Assembly (NCBI RefSeq): GCF_009914755.1 | Contig: NC_060925.1 | DNA length: 64,000 bases | Direction: 5' to 3' (one strand) | DNA from: the human T2T-CHM13v2.0 reference genome, Homo sapiens | Part shown: piece by piece, positions 1 to 18,223 of the stretch | How the letters are laid out: each line of letters opens with the position of its first letter | Numbering within the stretch: the stretch's first letter is position 1 | Notes under the pieces: model-generated | Database searches by the model: none | Told to the model about the DNA's origin: nothing | Seen by the model: only the letters and a program-made list of their open reading frames with translations | Translations under genes and position numbers: made by a program

Positions 1-488
1 TAAAAGTTTAAAAATCAGATAATTTTGAAATTAAAAGGCTTTTTTACCAAAACAATGTAGTTTCTTGTCTGTTCCCTCCGCCCCTTCCCACTCCTTAGAG
101 GCAATAACTTTTAACCCTTAGCTAATTCTTTATATCTCTAAATAAAATAGCACTGCATTTAGATTCATCAATTTTATATATTTTTTATAATGTTAGATGA
201 GAATGAATGAGGAGAGGAATAAGGGGGTAAGCTTTCTCTATAAATATATTCTCTGTAACATAATGTTAGATGAAACATAATGTTATAGAGAAAGCTTTCT
301 CTATAAACATGTTAGATGAGAAAGAAATTCATTGCTTCTCTCCTCATTCTTTCAGTATAGTTATATAAAACATTTTAAACTGTTTTCATTTGTGAGTATA
401 TAAAAATTGTTTACATATGAAGAACCACGTAGAATATGGTACCACAAAGTAGTGGTGAGGGTTAGTTAATGCTTGTAAAGAATTTAGA

Positions 489-795
<307 letters not shown>

Positions 796-1304
796 TCAAA
801 TACTTGTTAGCTGTTATTTCTAGATTTACATTTTTTTCTTATACAACTGTGTTTAAAAATTGCCTCATTAAAAAACAAAATTTGCCTAGTTTTCTTTGAA
901 CATTAAAATCTTCATACATCTTCAGTTCCACAAAATGTCTCACAGTGCACTTTTCCACAATGTCAATCTGTCATCTAATTTATCAGTGCCATTTATTTTT
1001 CTTAGAGATATCCTCCTGGAGTTCTTCTGGAGTTCTGCTCTAATTTGGACTGGTTCTCTAGACCTGCTGCATGGAAGTTGTCTTGGGGCTTTCCTTTACC
1101 ATCATCCTGGGAATTCCTTTCTCTTCCCTTCTGTGTGACATACCTTGCATTCCGTGCCTGCCTTTTATTTGGTTTACTCCCTCTGTTTAGTTTTATTAAG
1201 CTCAAATAAAGTGTGCTTGGGGGATAAATCTTTAAATACTTTATATGGCTGAAAATGTTCTAATTTTCATACACATACACTCTTTTTTTAAAAAAATACA
1301 TTTT

Positions 1305-1460
1305 AGAGATAGGGTCTCTCTGTGTTGCCCAGGGTGGAGTGTAGTGGCTATTCACAGGCATGATCATAGTACACTACAGCCCTGAACTAGGCTCAAGCGA
1401 TCCTCCTGCCTCAGCCTCTGGAGTAGCTGGGACTACAGGAGTGTGCCACTGTAGCCCAGC
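1305..1460 (-). mobile_element. FAM-like fossil Alu monomer
   Basis: Contains the 7SL-type segment gtggctattcacaggc absent from dimeric Alus. Confidence 0.75.
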
Positions 1461-2607
1461 TTTACTTACTCTTTTTAGTCCCTTGATTGATAATTTGACT
1501 GGTTATAAGGTTGATTTTCACCCAGAATTTATTTTTCACTCAGATTTTTAAGTGAATAGTTCCACTGTCTTCTGACTTGTAATATTGCTATAATGATTAT
1601 TATTCTCAGTCCCTTGTTAGTTGCCCTTTTATCTCTTTGTAAACGTAGTATCTTTGTCCTTGATTTTCTTAGAACAGGTCTTTTTTGTTCAGTTTGCTGG
1701 ACACTTGTGGCCTTTTCAATCTGGTTACTTCTTTCAGTACTGGGATGTTTTCTTTTACTTTGATAATTTTTTCTCCACTTTTTTTCTGTTTTCACATGTT
1801 GGATATTTCTGATTGGTCCTCTAATTTTCTTAATCTGTTTTCTCTTATTTTCTATCTTGGTTATATAAGGTGAAAACTTTTGTAATCACCCCAGGGTCAA
1901 AAGTAGAACATTGCCAGCTAACCCAGAAACCCACATTGCAACCCTTTCATCCCCCAGATAATCTCCATCCTGACTTCTGTGGTGATTATTTTTTCTTTGT
2001 AGTCTTATTATTCAGATGTGCATTTTGAGGGTTGTAGTTTAATTTGCTAGTTTTAAAATATATGTTTTAAGATTTTTTTTCAATTACAGGTTCTATCTTA
2101 GATCTTGCCTCTTTTTTTCTGTGGAGTTTATTTGTGGGAGAAACCAGGTCATTTGTCATGTGCATTTCCTAACCTGTATTTTGCTGTTGCATCCCCACTG
2201 TGTAGTTGAACATATTTCTCTGCATTTACTAGATCTAGAGGCTTACCAGGTTCAGGTTTGCCTTTTTGGGGGGTGGGGTGGGCAAGACTATTTCACATGT
2301 GCTGTGGGTTCTCCCATCAGGAAGCATGTAATGTTTCTCTTGCTGTGCTCTTAGCAGCTACTGATGCTCAGTGCATAGATCTATTTATTCATTAGGTGTT
2401 GCAAAATGGTGATTTAAAACATTTTCTTTTTCATTTATTGGCTTGAATATATTTATAGAGAAAGTTTACCTCTATTTTCAGCTGGCACCTTACCTGTTCC
2501 CCTCTCTGTGCCTTGTATTTCCCTTGATTCAATTCCTTGAAAGAATAAACGTTCCATATTCTGATGGGATGTACAGGATAGGAGATGTGACTCGGGGGTT
2601 CCAAGTG

Positions 2608-3554
<947 letters not shown>

Positions 3555-4340
3555 TTAATGCTCCCACTTGACCTCTGTCTTTTGAGTCTTGTGTCAACAG
3601 TTCTTTAGTCTTTTGAGGTTCTGTAGAGCAAAGGATTTGCTTCTCATTCCTCATTGTTCTTTCAGCTGACACTTATGTTTAATTTTCTTCCTTATTTTAC
3701 AAGTGTTCATTCTTCCATCTGCCTTCCATCTTCATATATTGTGATTTAGAATTTCACATGTAACATGAACGTGGAACATCATGTATTGTTGAAGATGGAG
3801 TGTGTTTTAATTTTTTCTTTTCTCTTTGTTTTGTCATGAAAAGGAACAAATAAATCTTTACTCTCCTATCTTAATACAGCAAAGTCCTACTCTTCTCATT
3901 TTCACTTCTCATTTCTATCCAGGGCCCCAAATACGTATTATTAATATGTTACAACTTCCAAGTCTTCACTTCCAAACCAGATTTTCTGAGCTGTGGATCT
4001 TAATAGCCAGCTGCTTCCTAGACGTCATGAATAATCTTTCCCAAATGTTTTCCAATTTTATTAGTTTTTTCAGAGGACCAGCTTTTGGTGCCATTTGTTC
4101 TGTCATATGCTTTTTTTTTTCTGTGTTAATTTCTGTTCTTTTATTTTTCTACTTTTTGGGGGCTTATTTTCTTTTTTCTTCCTTCAACATGAGATAGCTA
4201 CTCAATTCATTAACTTTTTTTTTCTTTTCTATTATATGTATTTCGAGACGTATCTCTCCAACTACTGCTTTAGCTGCATCCCACAAGTTTTTAATATGTG
4301 CTTTTTGTTGTTCAACTTCAAATACTTATTTCTGTTATGA

Positions 4341-4698
<358 letters not shown>

Positions 4699-5127
4699 TA
4701 AAAGTATATGTCTTGATTTCCAAACTTTTAAGTTACCTTTTTATTGATTTTGGAGTCTTACGGCATTGTAGTCATGAAATATATGCTGTATGATTTTATA
4801 GCTTAAAATTTGTTGAGACTTGCTTTATAGATCAGTATATGGTCAGTTTTTGTAAATATTTTGCCTAGCAGACATCCTTTCTTGGATGAAAGAGATAATT
4901 TAAACTTGTTACTACTTTCCTTCTAATTTCCCCCATACCATCTTCCCAGTTTCCCAAGTTAAAAACTTGGGAGTTGTTCTGAATTTCTCCTTTGCTCTCA
5001 ATACCACATAAAGTTAATTCTTAATGTCTGTCTGTTTTACTTTTAAATTATTTATTGTTATAAGAGTGATGCCATGATTATTTTAAAAAACTTGGAAAAT
5101 ATAAAGTATGAAAACTAGGTTACTTAA

Positions 5128-5487
<360 letters not shown>

Positions 5488-6899
5488 TTTTTTTATTAAT
5501 AGATTATTGCAGATTTATTTGGGTTCCCATCTTTTTCTCTCTTTTGCATAGTGTTTGTTTATTCAGCCAGTATTGAGAATCGATGTGTGCCAGGTACAGG
5601 GGATATATAAGAGTAAATAAGACAAAGAGGCAATGTCTCTACTCTTATAGCTTGGTCTTTTTTTGTTTGTTTAGTGTTATTTATGCCACTTTCTCTCTAA
5701 TTTGAGCTGCAGTTATACTGCAGTTTTGTTCCTAGAAAAGTGTGTGTTGTCTCATGACTTTGTGCCTTTACATATGTTCCCTAGGCTTATGAAGTCCTCT
5801 CTAAGTTTCATCTCTGAAACTACTACTCATCCTTTAAGTCTGTAGTTAAAAGCTAAGTCTTGATGAAGTTTTGTCTGTCCCTGCCTTTTGCTTCTGGACA
5901 GATTAGATATTTTTCTTCTTGTGTTTATTCATTATAGGAATTACACTGCATATAGTTTTTTTGGTGTGCACACGTGTTTCTCTACAAAGGCTATGTTCCT
6001 TGGTGGTATGTACTGTATCTTTCCACATTTGTCTCTCTTAACACCTGGCATGGTACCTGGCATATAGCAGGCATTGTATATTTGTTGAATGACCAGAGCC
6101 ATTGAGTTTAAATACAATAATCATGTTTTCCTTAACTCTCATTGGACTTTTATTATAAAATGATTGGGGTATGGATGTTTTGGTTGGTTAAAATGTTCTG
6201 TTTAATTAAAGTATACTCTGAGATACCAGTTTTCAAATATAAGTTGTCAGTAGGTTAGGAGACAAATGTATATATGTTGGTTGTTTATAAGAAGGCTGAA
6301 TTTTTGCATATGAACCATTACAAATAGGAATTGGGATTCCAAGTCAGTTGGTCTGTAATTTGTAATATAGTTTATTTGTAGTATTTATGATACTTAATAC
6401 CTACTGTAATGGTTTCAAAATTTTGACTTTGTTCTCCAATGAATGTGTTTCTTCTCAGTGTTGCCCAGTTGTAAAACTAGGGTATCTGCTGATTCTGAGC
6501 CACTAGTAGCAACCCCTGACCATGGGTTTCAGCAAGGTGAGGGATGAGAGGATGACATTTACAGATGGTGAGAGGGGGATGTTTGTCTATATTGTAAACA
6601 GATGGACACTACCCACCTATACCCAGTTGTCCAGCCGCTCAGGTAAAGAATGTAGAGAGGGTTTTTACATTGATAAGGTCCTGAAAAAGACCTCCATATT
6701 TTGGCAGAGTTTATCAGTCTAAGCGTTGCCTCCCTACCTGATCACACTAAGGCAAAGCTGAACTCTCTACAAATCCTGCATCATGTGTGAAGAGATCCCA
6801 TGTGGATTTATATAACCTCAATCTTAACTGTCACTGGACAACTAAGGGCCACTAAATAGCTGAGGAAAGCCTGCTGCATCAAAGGAGAGTCTAAAATAA

Positions 6900-8195
<1,296 letters not shown>

Positions 8196-8954
8196 GTTTG
8201 TATTGTTTCTAAAACTAAGGAGTAGAGCTGGCCTTTAAGCTGCTTGCTTTATGCTTTCTGTCCTTTAGGTTCAACCCTGGTTCTCTTTGACATTCTACTT
8301 TCAGGGAAACCTTAACCAGAAAGAAGGCAACGAGTCTCAGGCTTCATTTTACATACCTGTCTCAAGAGATAAAAGAGAATTCCTTCTTCATAGCTTTAAT
8401 GCAGTGCCAAGCTTAAGCAGATTACCTGTTGCTTCCCTTATACCTGGGCCTTACTTTGGCCCTGTTTGGCCTCATGAATTTGACTATATCTGTATGAAAG
8501 TTTTCACCAAAAATAGCACTTTTCTTAGGTTATATTATATCCTTCACATGCTATTAACCCACATATTTACTACTTTTCCCAGGGAAGGGAAGAAATTGTG
8601 GGCATGGGAAAGATGGCAACTAAGAATTGAGATAGTTCTTTATTTAGTTCACTAGGAGAACAGATTGAGGAATGGATTGGGAAGAATTAATCCATTTTCC
8701 CTAAACCACACTATTTCTGAATTAAACATCCAGTTTTCAACTTCTTGAATCAGGGTCTTACTTATTCTGGGGTAGTAAACCAAGAAAGAGTTACTGGCTT
8801 GAACACTTGGTCTCAAGGGAAGAAACTTATTTGTCCAGGCAATCTCTTTCAAGATGTATATGACTAGCAGTGATCCAGTGGTAGTGACTATGAGCCCTCT
8901 CTCCCAATCTTTTTATTGAGTTAAAATACATGTAACAAAATTTACTATCTTAAC

Positions 8955-9477
<523 letters not shown>

Positions 9478-9916
9478 CGTCTTAACCAATTTTCAGTGTA
9501 CAGTTCACTGATATTAAATACATTGAGCCGTCTCCATAACACTTTTTTACCTTGTTAAACTGAAACTATATGCCCGTTGTATAACAACTACCTCTTTCTC
9601 CCTCCCCTCAATCCCTGGCTGCTTAATCAGGAGAGGCAGTTTGAATCTGAGATGAGGTGAGATGAGGGATATAGCTTTGTAGCTACTGACCAGAGTCAAC
9701 TGAGTACCCAAAAGGAGTACTGATTCCCCAATCAAAAAGTCTGTTTCTCATGGCACTTTAGTATATGAACTCAGAAGAATGTTTGCAATATGTATAAGAA
9801 AGGGTTATAACATATAAGATGCTCTTGAAAATTATCATGACAGTGATTAACATTTCATTTAAAAATGGGCAAAGAACATCAACTGCAGTTTCCAGAAGAC
9901 TTAGAAATTGTTAATA

Positions 9917-10368
<452 letters not shown>

Positions 10369-10449
10369 CTATGATATTTAAAAATACACATATGAGGATG
10401 GGGGGATATGGGTATATAAATGAAATAATTTTAGCCATGAAATTTTATG

Positions 10450-10740
<291 letters not shown>

Positions 10741-11554
10741 GGAAATTATAATTGAAACTGGGTGTCACTTGATGGTTCATTATACTTGTTTTGTCTACGT
10801 TTGTAATTTTCTATTATAAAAAGGAAAAATATACGTAGTATTTTATTATATATATATTAATTCTCTTTATTATTTATCCTATATAGTAGTTGGGAATGTA
10901 GAAGAATGAAGTTTATATTACTGCTTATGTTAAAACATTGGAAACATCCTAAATGTTCCTCCATTGGGTAATGGTTGGAAAGCAGTTTAGCAGCTGATGA
11001 AAAGATTATTTTATGTGCTTTTATTTTATATTTACGTAACAGATGGAAATTACATTGTTCAAGATACATTGTTATGTGAGAAAATTTATAGAATAATATA
11101 TATAATGTCCTATATTTTATTAAAAACATTTATATGAATTATAAATATGTAGTACAAATAAGAATCAGGAGATTAACTTTTTTTATGGGAGGAGATTGCA
11201 TGGAGCATTTTCATTTTTAACTATATGTTTCTATATTATTCTAACATCAGCATGTTTACCTTTGTAATCAGAAAGGAAGTAATAAATTCTAAAATTAGAA
11301 AAATTAATTTGACTTCTAATAAAGGTCACATTCTAGCAAAGAGGGAAGTAATCAGTGATAGTAATGGGGTGGGGGAAACTGCATAGAGGAAAACCCTTAG
11401 GGGAGGAAAATGTGCAACGATGTTTATCCTACTTATGTTTGAGTTGTGACATTATGGGTAATTTACTCTTTTCTTGCTTTGTTTTCTGTAAGATTTTTTT
11501 GGGCAGAGAAATTTTAAAAGAAGATACTGCTTTTACACGTTATTTATGTATGTA

Positions 11555-11838
11555 TTTTTTGGTTTTTGTTACAGGTTGTCTAGGCTGGAGTGCAGTGGTG
11601 AAGTCATGGCTCACTGAAGCCTCTACCTCCTGGGCTCAAGTGATCCTCCCACCTCAGCCTCCTGAGTAGCTGAGACCACAGGCGTATGCCACTACACCCA
11701 GCTTTTTTTTTTTTTTTTTTGTAGAGACAAGGTCTCACTGTGTTGCCCAGGCTGGTCTCAAATTCCTAGGCTCAAGTGATCCTCCTGCCTCAGCCTCCCA
11801 AAGTGCTAGGATTACAGGTGTGAGCCACCATGCCTGGT
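11555..11838 (-). mobile_element. AluJ
   Basis: Antisense Alu body. Confidence 0.88.
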
Positions 11839-11998
11839 ACAAATGATCTCTCTATTAATGCAGTTTTATATAGGATTTATGTTTATGTGGGTAAAAGGTT
11901 GATGTGTATTTGTCTTAAATGTGAATGAAAGTAGAGTCTATTTTTTACTTAAAGCAAAACAGATGATTTGTGCTTAGAGACATTAGATTAAAAATGTA

Positions 11999-12418
<420 letters not shown>

Positions 12419-12473
12419 TCATGCCCTATGCAGAGATTGAGGATACAAGTGTGAATAAGAGACAGACATTCTC

Positions 12474-12855
<382 letters not shown>

Positions 12856-13247
12856 TTAAGCGTGTATAACTTTACCCCGAGGTTTGCTTGCAAATGGGAG
12901 GAAAGAGTAGGAAGTGGTGGGAACGGAGCACAAAGAATCAAGAGAATTTAGTTATTCTACCCCCCATCCCCAAGATCCTTGCAAGTTTTTAAGCATAGTT
13001 GAATGCTAATGGGAGGGTGCTCAGAGAGAAGATTTATTGAATGCTGGCTCTGGTTTGTATCCTATAATAAACTTCATCAAGTTATAATCTGTTTTGCAGT
13101 TGTAGTTTCCTCATGTAAAAAGGGATCTGTAAAATCTCATCTGCAAAAATATCTCTAAAGCAGTGATCTGAGTATTAAATTACCTCTATATATCTACTGC
13201 CTGGCACAGTATGTGGCTCATAATAGGGACCCAAAAATGATTTGTGA

Positions 13248-13574
<327 letters not shown>

Positions 13575-14075
13575 ATGAATGTGTTGAATGTTTAATGTAG
13601 GGTTAGGGACTTGGTAATCTCAGTAATTTTTTCCTGGAGGTTTGACTGTGAATGGAAGGGAAAAAATGAGGAGGTGGTGGGAAGGGGGCATAAGGAATCA
13701 AGGGTAACTATAATTAGGTTAGGTCTCATTTGAGACACAGCACACCAGAAATATTAGGAGAAGCAGGGCATAAACACTAGGAGATGGAAAAATAAAAAAA
13801 TGTTTGATACCTTATGACCTAAGGATGTGCTATGCAGCAGGAGTAGTACAGTGGAGAGTAAGACAGAGACAGACCTTGCCATCCTGAAAGAAGGGGATAA
13901 TTTATTGAAATAATAGCAAAGCATATGAAACTGGGAATGTTTGCAATTTTTATTTTTGTACAGTTTCTACTTTGGAATTCTAGGTCTTAACGCAGACCTG
14001 CCATGGCATTCTACTGAGGTCATTTTTCACCCATGATTAATTATTGTTCAGGCTTTGGCTATTTTTTTTTTTTAA

Positions 14076-14419
<344 letters not shown>

Positions 14420-14811
14420 CTTAAAGCTTTTTTCAAAGTTGATTGCTAATAGAGTTATTCCCATACTGTGAAGCCGTTAAATTGTTTCAAAATCTGGAGA
14501 AAGAGGATTCTTACCCTCTCCTTGAGCATCCCTGATGATAATTCATTGTGATTCTTCCTGCATTTTTACTTCTGTTCTCTTGCACTGATCTTGTCAAACA
14601 TTTAAACTTTTTAACCCCTCTAATTATACTACCAAAAGTGCCTTCTCCTCACAGCTGACTATGGCACAGAAAAAACAATGTTAGATAAAATTGCTTTGTG
14701 CCTTAGCATGAATCAAGGCAGCGGCATCAAACTGTACTTGTATTCTTCATTGTGTACTAACGGTAAAAAATATAAACACACACACGTACCCCCAAACCTT
14801 ATTTCACTTAA

Positions 14812-15122
<311 letters not shown>

Positions 15123-15124
15123 AG

Positions 15125-15280
15125 GTTTTTAATATGTGTGATAAAATAGAAATGGCATAAGGCACTTGTGCCATTGTTTGAGTTGCCAGCTGAACTAGCA
15201 GCTTTTTCATGGAACACCATTTTTACTTGAAACAGCCACTTAGTTCTGTATAAGGCAGGTATTTTCTTGAAGTGACAATC
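15125..15280 (+). mobile_element. Charlie1-like hAT transposon fragment
   Basis: gagttgccagctgaactagcagctttttcatggaacaccatttttacttgaaa resembles Charlie1 internal sequence. Confidence 0.55.
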
Positions 15281-15366
15281 TACGTTTTATATTTACCTTA
15301 ATTACCATTTTTTTTTCGTTTGTTCTTGTGAATTCAAGTTAGCATCTTGTGTCTGTCCTTCCTTCC

Positions 15367-15672
15367 ATTTTTCTCTTTTCTTTTCTTCTTTTCTTTTGAC
15401 AGGTTCTCTCTCTGTTGCTCAGGCTGGAGTGCAGTGGCACAATCACAGCTCACTGCAGTCTCGACCTCCTGGCCTCATATAGTCCTCCCACCCCAGACTC
15501 CTGAGTAGCTGGGACCACAGGCACGTGCCACAGTGCCCGGCTAATTTTTATTTTTTAATTTTTTTAGAGACATTCTCCCTTTGTTGCCCAGGCTACTCTT
15601 GAATTCGGGGTCCTCCTGCCTCAGCCTCCCAAAGTGCTGGGATTACAGGCGTCAGCCATGCTGCACCTGGCC
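15367..15672 (-). mobile_element. AluJ
   Basis: Degenerate antisense Alu. Confidence 0.85.
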
Positions 15673-15679
15673 TGTGTCA

Positions 15680-16590
15680 TTTCTTTGAAACAGTTGAAAC
15701 AGTTTTGCTCCTACATACTTCCTTTATGCTATTATTGCCAAATATATTACATTTCTATATATTATGGGTCTAACAATACAATTATGTACATATTGTTTTA
15801 TATACTTGCTTTGGAGGGAATATGCATTTATGCTGTCTTTTATAATTACTTTTGTTGGTATTCTTTGTGTGTGTGTGTGTGTATGTGTATGTACATGTAT
15901 TTGAATTTCCTTCTGGGTTTACTTACTTTCAATCGTAGTAGTATTCATTGTAAGATGTCTCTGCTAATAACAAATTCAGTTTTTGTTTATCTGGGAGTTT
16001 GTATTTCACCTTCATTTTTGAAAGACAGTTTTGCTGGATATAAGATTCTCTGGTGACAGCACCCACTCCCTGCAGCCTGCTTACTTTGAATATGTCATCT
16101 CACTGCCTTCTGGCCTTTATTGTTTCTGATGAGAAGTCAACTGTTAATCTTATTGGGGTTTCCCTGTACGTGATATATTGTGTTTCTCTTGTTGCTTTCA
16201 AGATTTTTTTTTTTTTTTTTTTTGCCTTTCAGCATTTTTACTATGATGTGGCTGGGTGTAGATCTCTTTGCATTTATCCTACTTGGAATTTGTTGAGCTG
16301 CTTGGATGTGTAGATAATGTTTTTCAGCAAATTTGGGAAGGTACCAGTTATTTCTTTGGATATCTCTAAAATGTATTTCTTTCAAACTGAAACACTCCGT
16401 ACCCATTAAACACTAACTCCCTATTCCCCATTCTTCCTAGCCGTTGGCCGCCATTCTGTTTTCCATCTCTATGACTTTGAGTGTCTAGGCACCTCATATA
16501 AGTGGAATAGTTGTCCATTTTGTCTGGCTTATTTCACTTAGCATAATGTCTTCAAGGTTCATCCGTGTTTGAGCATGTGACAGGGTTTCC
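15680..16590 (-). mobile_element. L1M fragments
   Basis: Minus-strand ORF 16137..16406 contains IPSRINAKRSTPSHIIVKML (L1 ORF1-like). L1 3'-end motifs such as ctggcttatttcacttagcataatgtcttcaagg are also present. Confidence 0.75.
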
Positions 16591-16862
16591 CAGAATTTCT
16601 GTATTTTTAGATATTGAAGTTAGATATTCCTAATACTTAGGAACTTTTTGAAACTTTTTTCTTTAATTTCCCTGCTCATTTTATTTTTACTAAACTTTTA
16701 TGCTGTTTTTAGAATTATTATCTAGTTTTACATGTCACTGTATGTTTAATTAGTGAAAAATCTAATTTGGAAAAGTGAAACCAAACACTGCTTTGTTACC
16801 TTTAAGAAAGCTGATGGTGGTATGCTTTGCTGTTTATGGAATGTCTGATACATAAGTTATAA

Positions 16863-17231
<369 letters not shown>

Positions 17232-17826
17232 TTATAGTGTACTATTTGTCTATAATGTAATGAAATTGCTGGTTCTCAATGTTTTTTTTTTTAAACTCTC
17301 AGTCTGCATATTTGCTCAATTCAGTGGTGATTCCCTGTAAGGAGAAGGTCATGACTGCCCTTCCTTTGAGTGTGAAGAGTGTGAATAACACCAGCTGTCC
17401 CTTGAAGTCACTGGTTAATGTGTCTTAACTGCATGTGGCATAATCAAGAGATTAAAATGTAATTCACTTTTATTCTTTACCTAAACCCAGTCATGAGATT
17501 CAAGACATTATTTGCTCATGATCATGGCCTGCATACCTCAACATAAAGCTGTTATTTTGATGGCAGCTGCCTTGAATGTGTTATCTTGGAGTGTTTGCTG
17601 AGTCTTGGCCTCACTTAGAGTAGGCAATGAATGGATATTGAGAATTGTTATCATTTTGTTTTAAACTGCTTTGTTTGGAGAGTATTTATGATTTGAGGTA
17701 CTTTTTATATTTTTGTCTTAAGGTTTTTAACAAATTTAAAACTTTGATTAACATATAAAATATCCCACTGGTATAAAATAAGCTCTACAAGTAAGTCTTA
17801 TGTATGGTCTTTTATTCTCTAAACAG

Positions 17827-18025
17827 AGACTCTACAGGGGCAGGTAATTCACTGGTCCACAAGCGGTCTCCTTTACGTCGAAACCAAAAGACCCCAACAT
17901 CCTTGACCAAGCTGTCTTTACAGGATGGACATAAAGCCAAAAAGCCAGCATGTAAATTTGAAGAGGGTCAGGATGTCCTAGCTAGATGGTCAGATGGCTT
18001 GTTTTATCTTGGCACTATCAAAAAG
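17827..18025 (+). CDS. MTF2: MTF2/PCL2 exon 2 (codons 2-68, N-terminus and first half of Tudor domain)
   Basis: tctctaaacag|A GAC TCT ACA... encodes (R)[15 protein letters not shown]...[18 protein letters not shown]. It ends AAG|GCAAGT (GC donor). 199 nt. Confidence 0.97.
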
Positions 18026-18141
18026 GCAAGTTACTTTAATGTATCTTTTGCTGTTTTTGCAGTAAGCATTTAATAATCTTAAATTTAACTTCATGTTTTT
18101 AATTTTAAGAGATCACCGTTAAGTATTTCTCTGTATTGCAG

Positions 18142-18223
18142 ATAAACATATTGAAACAGAGCTGCTTCATCATATTTGAAGACAGTTCTAAATCCTGGGT
18201 TCTCTGGAAGGACATTCAAACAG
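18142..18223 (+). CDS. MTF2: MTF2 exon 3 (second half of Tudor domain)
   Basis: tattgcag|ATA AAC... encodes [28 protein letters not shown]. Frame continuity into exon 4 requires the donor CAG|GCAGGT (GC). 82 nt. Confidence 0.95.

Noticed and set aside
8240-8655. Two acceptor-like sites (8268, 8304) and a 122-aa ORF in MTF2 intron 1
   Set aside because: No convincing downstream donor and no recognisable protein features.
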